Source of the DNA: Candidatus Latescibacterota bacterium
GTDB lineage: Bacteria; Latescibacterota; UBA2968; GCA-2709665
Assembly (NCBI GenBank): GCA_963667175.2
Contig: CAXXXF010000006.1
Span: 128,001-192,000, forward strand
DNA: 64,000 nucleotides
Direction of reading: 5' to 3'
The notes below the pieces were generated by a model. The model had not been told where the DNA came from and did not search any database. It saw only the letters and a program-made list of their open reading frames with translations. Positions 58,792 to 64,000 of the stretch are shown here, piece by piece. The position numbers were made by a program, and so were the translations under genes. How positions within the stretch are numbered: position 1 is the first letter of the stretch; every line of letters begins with the position of its first letter.

Positions 58792-61700
58792 CGCACACTT
58801 CCAAGCTCAAATAACGGTGTAGCATCTGCAAGCGCATTGAGTTCTTCGGATGGGCAATCCTCGGCGAAGTACTTCCGATGACCAAAGACGACGAGCAAGA
58901 ACCGGGCTCGGGTGATCCCCACGTTGAGCCGATTGGGGCTGTCCATGTGACCGGGCCGAGAGGTGTTCCTGAGACTCAGCAACACAAAGTCAGCTTCTCG
59001 ACCCTGGAATCGGTCAACTGTCGCGCAAGCAATCGTCGTGTTGGGAAGCGCGAAACGCGTCTCCGCACGTGCCTTTCCGGTGAGTTGTCGGAGCATGTTT
59101 CGCGTACCCAGTTCCTGCCGGTTATAGAACGAGAGACAGGCTACCGTCCAGTACTTGCCATCGGTTCTCTGGTGAGATTCGGCGTAATCCCGCCAGGCCA
59201 CCAACCAACGACGCATGGCTTCGATCTCGGCCTGGTTGATACCGCGCTCATCATGGCCGCGTACGTCTGTCCACACTCGTCGTGCCGGCGCCCTGAGCGC
59301 GAAGGACCAACCGTCTCGTTTGTCGCGTTCGTCAAGGGTATTTGCGTCTCTTAATGCTACTCCCTCGTAGAATTGGTCTCGAGGTAATCTCGAAATGTCC
59401 GGATGCATTCGGTGTTGAAATTCAAGTATTACTGCCCGCTCCTTCCATACGTCCTGCGGAATCGCCTCGGTGAGCGCGCTCCGGCAGCGGACGCGACGGT
59501 CGCTCCTGCCTATCCGGAAAGACTCAATCGCGCTGCGTACCCCTACGTCGCGGATTGCGTCAATGGCTTGAGGGACCCATTTAGAGTAAGGATCCACAGC
59601 TGGCATAAGGCTATCAATCTCGTCCTGTCGTCGTTCACGCTGTCCATCGTCTCGAGCACAGGCAAGCTGATGAACCCTTCCAAGCCGCCACGATACCTGC
59701 TTGGCCCAGGATTCCTCGCGCAGGAAATCCCGCTGGCGACTGGCCAACTCACGAGCCGCGCGGAATTGACGCCTCTGCTCCCAAATGGGTTTCGAAAAAC
59801 TGCCGCGGCGGTCAAGCCATCTTGCGAATTGGAACGCACGGGCTGAATCTAGATCCCAGTCGCGCAGTGCAAGTCCATCCGGCGGCAGATAAGGCGCAAC
59901 GCGATCTCGCAATTCAGGTGGAAATAGTATCCAGTCGGCTGCCAGTAAATGCAGCGCTACGGGTTGTCCGGCCTCAATATCTGTAATGGACACTTCATTG
60001 TCCGTGGGATTGCCTTGGACAACGCGCACGATCTCAGGCATGCGGTCGCTGTGCGTTACCCGAACCTCGATTTCCGCGCACAGCGCGTTGAGTACGTCGT
60101 CTCCCTCTTCGATCAACCATCTGACCCTTCTAAACCCGGCCTCCGGGCGCTGCAGCCGGAACAGGATCAGCAACGCCACCTGGTGGGCGTCGGAGAGTTT
60201 TGCTTCGTTTTCATCGCTGACCTCGGCAATGCTGGCTTCAAGATCCTTGGGTTCTGAAAAAGGCGGAAGTTGTCGCACGTCGCCGACCACAATCCACTTG
60301 CTGGCAAGCTGGGCGGGGACCAGAAACTCCTGGAACGTCGTCTTGCTCGCTTCATCAATGATCAGGACGTCAAAGTAAGGCCAACGCGGCCCTGTATCGT
60401 TCTCGCGCCTATGGCTTAACCGACGTATGTAGGGGTGCGCAAGGATACCCGTGGATGTGCCACAGGTGAGATTTACGGAAGAAAGAATGGTCGCTTCTGC
60501 GACCCGCTCCAAGTTGAAATCGTCGTCCCGGTCCGCGAAGACTCCGGCAGAACGCCAGGTTTCCGTCAATGCCGCGATTCGTTCATCGATCTGCACGTCG
60601 CGGATGGTTTGGTCCACCCGGTCCGCAAGCCCGATACGGACCGCCTCGACTTGCTCAAATTTGCCGACGAGGCGCTCCAGCACATTGTCCACGGCCACGT
60701 GTGTCGTGGAGCAGAGCAACACATTTAATCCCTGGTCGATGAACTGAAGCACCAATTCACAGATGGCGTGCGTCTTGCCCGATCCGGGCGGTCCTTCGAG
60801 AAACGCGAAGTCCGGTGTGCCAAGGGCTTTTTCTACGAACTCCCGTTGTTGGATAGTTCCCGACCAATGCTCGTCGCCAAGCAAATACCAGCGGGAAACG
60901 GACTCTGGTTGGCACCTCGGCCAACGAACCCTGTTGGGCGCTTCGCAAAGTCTGAGTAGGGCTTGATGGTGGGGTAGCGGGCTATCCCTTAGGCTAAATA
61001 TCGCCTGCCGCTGGCGTTGTAGGTTCGAAATGCTGGAAGGGATGAATAATGTCGATTCCTCGGCCGGGAGCCGCTCTAACTCCAGCTGGTAGTTGTCGCG
61101 ACGGAAATTAAATACCTCGAAGGCGTCATTGCGGTTGTTACCCCGTCTCGTGCGGACCTCGCGAACGCCCTCTTCCATATAGGCCGTTCGGATGTCCAGT
61201 GCCGCCTCGCTATCCACTTCTTCAGGGGGAAGGAGTTGAATCCAGACCCCGCGCCGTCGCCGGTTACCCCCCTCGTCTTCCGACCAGGCCCATCGGACAC
61301 CGTTGTCGGCGATGAAAAAGCCTTGATCTGGCAGTTTCTCCAGCGTCAGGTCTCGTTGACCGTTCCAGGGAATCTTCTCCCTGCCGACACGGAGACACGT
61401 GGCGCCCTCATGAGGGTCGGCCACCTGATGGGGTAGTTCGGCGCCATGCTTGTCTTCAAGGACAACATGGTCACAGCCTTTAATGACCAGGAAAATACGG
61501 TCAGCTTGTTCCGGGCGTTGGTACAGATGTGCGACCGTGCCGTCGCGACGCCGTGCGACCAACGTATCTGGCCAGATCGGATCTGTGGGAGTTAATGTGC
61601 AGGGACTGCCTTTCCAGAACACCTGTTCATCGGGATCCACCTCACTGTCAAGCACGAGGAGCAAACCGCTGGGGACTCGCTCAACGCGCTTGGGGACTAT

Positions 61701-61997
61701 CGGACGGTACTGTTCGCCGACGAACAACGGCATGTCCGGCACGTCGTCTGACCAACCTTCAAGGCGATACCAGAAGCCCTCTGCCTCCATGACCAGGAGC
61801 GAATCCATAGGGGTGAGCCGCAACGGATACTCACGCGGGACAGGCTCCCACCGCACTGACCTCGACTCGCGCTTCCTGGCGGCATCAAGCGCAGACTTCA
61901 GGTATGCAGTGTAGGGCCACAGGCTACCGTGAGCCTGGTTTGCCACGGCACGGGCGCGCTTCGGATGAACGCAGGCGGTGAAGTAAAGCGGTTTCAT
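58788..61997 (-). CDS. SF1B Upf1/DNA2/NAM7-like helicase
   Basis: GPPGSGKT, STTHVAVDN, DEAS, VGDVRQLPP, QHRMHP, TVDRFQGRE and NRLNVGITRAR. Confidence 0.93.
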   Translation of the reverse strand: MKPLYFTACVHPKRARAVANQAHGSLWPYTAYLKSALDAARKRESRSVRWEPVPREYPLRLTPMDSLLVMEAEGFWYRLEGWSDDVPDMPLFVGEQYRPIVPKRVERVPSGLLLVLDSEVDPDEQVFWKGSPCTLTPTDPIWPDTLVARRRDGTVAHLYQRPEQADRIFLVIKGCDHVVLEDKHGAELPHQVADPHEGATCLRVGREKIPWNGQRDLTLEKLPDQGFFIADNGVRWAWSEDEGGNRRRRGVWIQLLPPEEVDSEAALDIRTAYMEEGVREVRTRRGNNRNDAFEVFNFRRDNYQLELERLPAEESTLFIPSSISNLQRQRQAIFSLRDSPLPHHQALLRLCEAPNRVRWPRCQPESVSRWYLLGDEHWSGTIQQREFVEKALGTPDFAFLEGPPGSGKTHAICELVLQFIDQGLNVLLCSTTHVAVDNVLERLVGKFEQVEAVRIGLADRVDQTIRDVQIDERIAALTETWRSAGVFADRDDDFNLERVAEATILSSVNLTCGTSTGILAHPYIRRLSHRRENDTGPRWPYFDVLIIDEASKTTFQEFLVPAQLASKWIVVGDVRQLPPFSEPKDLEASIAEVSDENEAKLSDAHQVALLILFRLQRPEAGFRRVRWLIEEGDDVLNALCAEIEVRVTHSDRMPEIVRVVQGNPTDNEVSITDIEAGQPVALHLLAADWILFPPELRDRVAPYLPPDGLALRDWDLDSARAFQFARWLDRRGSFSKPIWEQRRQFRAARELASRQRDFLREESWAKQVSWRLGRVHQLACARDDGQRERRQDEIDSLMPAVDPYSKWVPQAIDAIRDVGVRSAIESFRIGRSDRRVRCRSALTEAIPQDVWKERAVILEFQHRMHPDISRLPRDQFYEGVALRDANTLDERDKRDGWSFALRAPARRVWTDVRGHDERGINQAEIEAMRRWLVAWRDYAESHQRTDGKYWTVACLSFYNRQELGTRNMLRQLTGKARAETRFALPNTTIACATVDRFQGREADFVLLSLRNTSRPGHMDSPNRLNVGITRARFLLVVFGHRKYFAEDCPSEELNALADATPLFELGSVR

Positions 61998-62002
61998 TCT
62001 TC

Positions 62003-62122
62003 TCAGGCTTCCAAGCGGCGTACTTTCATCCCATTAAGGAGCGATTCATGGATCATCTCGTCTTTCCTGAACCGGGCAATGAACCACTGTGATAGGTCCC
62101 ATCGATTCGAAGGGGGAGACAC
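62003..62122 (-). CDS. Possible 39-aa small ORF leading the helicase operon
   Basis: AGGAG before GTG; stop lies 5 nt before the helicase ATG. Confidence 0.3.
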   Translation of the reverse strand: MSPPSNRWDLSQWFIARFRKDEMIHESLLNGMKVRRLEA

Positions 62123-62516
62123 CCGCGCTCCTAGGCGTCGCAAAACGCGACGGTCGACCCCGAACCTGCGTCTAATCTCCGGCGATCAATATCCGGCAAT
62201 AGAATTCCATCGCCTTCCTGATCCGGCAATTTGCCAAATGCATCCAGAGTGGATGCCAGTACCGCGGAGCGCAGCAATCCCCTGAAGGTCTCCGCGATGC
62301 CTGAACAACACAACTCCAGGCAGCCATGGCGGCATAGCCACCGGATCTGCTCGAAATCTTGCCGGAACTTGAACGAAGCGACAGGGACGGCCGGTTGGAC
62401 TTCATCTCGGCGTGTCGATATGGCGGACGAGAATACCGGACCGCGCCGGAATGCCGTCGAACGGTTAAAAACTGCCGAGAGCGGCGCGTGTTACCGTCCC
62501 GGCAATCGGAGTTTCC

Positions 62517-64000
62517 CTACAGGCCCGGCACCCGGTAGCTCCAGACTTCGGAACTGTGGGTGAAATAGAGCCGGCGCTTGTGGATCACGATTCCCGCGTT
62601 CGCGTTCACGGGGGGTGTTCCCAGCAGTTTGTGTTCGAACGTGCCCGGCTCGATACGTACAATCGCGTTGCGGAACAGCGCATAGATCCTGTCGTCAGGT
62701 CCCGTCGCCAGGATCCTGGGGGCCTGCTGTCCAGCCAGAGCGCCATAAGGCAGTTTCTTCTCGAAGTGGACGATCTCCCGAGATTCGGGATCGAACACGA
62801 AAAACGCGGATCCCGAGGCCAGCCCGTAGATCAGGCCGTCCGGCCCCAGGATCACGTCGGTGATTTGCGCGGCGCCAGGCACAACCGCTTCGCGATACAG
62901 TACTCGTTTTTCTTCCAGATCCAGAACATAGAGTTCCGCCTGCTTCGCGTGCGCCTCCCCTCCCGTGCCGGGGCTGATCGTGGTGCCCGCGACGATTTTC
63001 CCGTCGGGCAACGCCGCGAGCGAGACCGTGCTGTGTTCGGGAAGCAGATCCTCGTGCGTCAGCAGCTCGTGGCTCTCCGTTTCAGTATCCCAGATCAGCA
63101 TCCCCCCGCCCGTCAGTCCGTACCCGGGCGTTCCCGTCATGACAAGCCGCCGTCCGTCCGGATGGGCCAGCAACGCGTGGGGCCGGATAATCGTGGGACT
63201 TACGGATATCAGGTCCCGTGGATTCGGATCCACCGTCCCCCGATCGTCCCACGGCCGGGACGGATCGTATTCCCAGAGCCTGCCGCCCGCATACTCCCCG
63301 CAATAGACATTATCACCCTGAACTGCCAGCGCGTTCAGGTGTCCGACAAGGTCCCATAGACCGCGGTGGACGAACGTGTCCGCCTGCGTATCGTATGTAT
63401 AGAACCGGAGCGGATGTCCAGTGGATCCGTGGATCCTGCCGTCCGGACCTTCCGCGATCGAGAGGATGGGGGATCCGGCCGATTCATAGTCGATTTCCAG
63501 ACGTCTTACCGTTCCCGCCTCGTTGATTTCGACGTACTTCTCCGGAAGGTTGATTTCATCCAGCGACCAGCCATCCGGGAAATTGTCCAGGACCGCCTCC
63601 TGTTCGCCGGCCAGAATCGGTCTCTCGGGTGCGGGAGCGTCCACCTGAGTTACCACCCCTTCAAACAGGGACCACCACGGTCCCTCACTATAGGACCTCC
63701 CGTACACTCTTCCGTCCTTCCCCCGGTACACCGTGGATGCGCCGTGCCGACGGTCGGTCTCGGGAATCAATGCGGCACGTTCGCCTGTTGCCGGATTGAA
63801 TGAAACGATCTGCCCGCGCGTGGAACCTATGCCCACGTAGACCCACCCGGAACTGTCCACCGCGATCGTCCTCGGGTACTGCGGCCAACTCTCATCGTTC
63901 AGCGGGCCGTGGTTCTCCAGTTTTCCGCTGTCCGGAACATGACTCAGCAACTCGCAGTTGGGATACGCGGACGTCCAGACCCTGCCGTTATCGTCCTCTG
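62517..64000 (-). CDS. Beta-propeller repeat protein, 5'-truncated by the window edge
   Basis: Repeated G.DG.IY and YDP blade motifs; frame remains open to 64000. Confidence 0.75.
   Translation of the reverse strand, partial: EDDNGRVWTSAYPNCELLSHVPDSGKLENHGPLNDESWPQYPRTIAVDSSGWVYVGIGSTRGQIVSFNPATGERAALIPETDRRHGASTVYRGKDGRVYGRSYSEGPWWSLFEGVVTQVDAPAPERPILAGEQEAVLDNFPDGWSLDEINLPEKYVEINEAGTVRRLEIDYESAGSPILSIAEGPDGRIHGSTGHPLRFYTYDTQADTFVHRGLWDLVGHLNALAVQGDNVYCGEYAGGRLWEYDPSRPWDDRGTVDPNPRDLISVSPTIIRPHALLAHPDGRRLVMTGTPGYGLTGGGMLIWDTETESHELLTHEDLLPEHSTVSLAALPDGKIVAGTTISPGTGGEAHAKQAELYVLDLEEKRVLYREAVVPGAAQITDVILGPDGLIYGLASGSAFFVFDPESREIVHFEKKLPYGALAGQQAPRILATGPDDRIYALFRNAIVRIEPGTFEHKLLGTPPVNANAGIVIHKRRLYFTHSSEVWSYRVPGL

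Noticed and set aside
52318-62516. Integrase, att sites or terminal repeats bounding the defence island
   Set aside because: No recombinase or transposase gene and no convincing direct repeat; only a hairpin at 52369-52390.
62131-62563. Short ORFs at the right edge of the island
   Set aside because: No motifs or RBS, and they overlap in conflicting frames; probably promoter or junction sequence.

Overview
High-GC bacterial chromosomal window. Gene order, the type-2 IleRS and the short SigA-family sigma factor suggest an FCB-group organism such as Latescibacterota or Gemmatimonadota (inference only). 1-17.1 kb: a large minus-strand respiratory cluster with Rieske protein, split cytochrome b carrying the heme-ci Cys, octaheme cytochrome c, a cupredoxin-like protein, A-family heme-copper oxidase subunits II/I/III/IV, heme A and heme O synthases and an ABC transporter. 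A HEAT-repeat gene and a divergent 2x[4Fe-4S] protein lie upstream. 17-25 kb: housekeeping genes (rluD, lspA, dksA-like, ileS, mtnP, yggT, yggS). 25-52 kb: accessory metabolism (rifampicin-phosphotransferase-like enzyme, amide-hydrolase cluster, glycosyltransferases, ferritin, sigma factor, gcvPA/PB, three tandem SDR paralogs, a HigBA-like toxin-antitoxin pair). 52.4-62.1 kb: a candidate six-gene defence operon (Upf1-like helicase, wHTH protein, degenerate-PLD/coiled-coil protein, TerY vWA, PP2C, Ser/Thr kinase). Top observations: (1) this helicase plus TerY-P operon; (2) a ~26-aa motif present twice in the Rieske cytoplasmic extension and once at the start of the neighbouring ferredoxin-like protein; (3) an oxidase subunit I that appears to lack the K-channel lysine. 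All calls come from reading motifs by eye; no searches were run.
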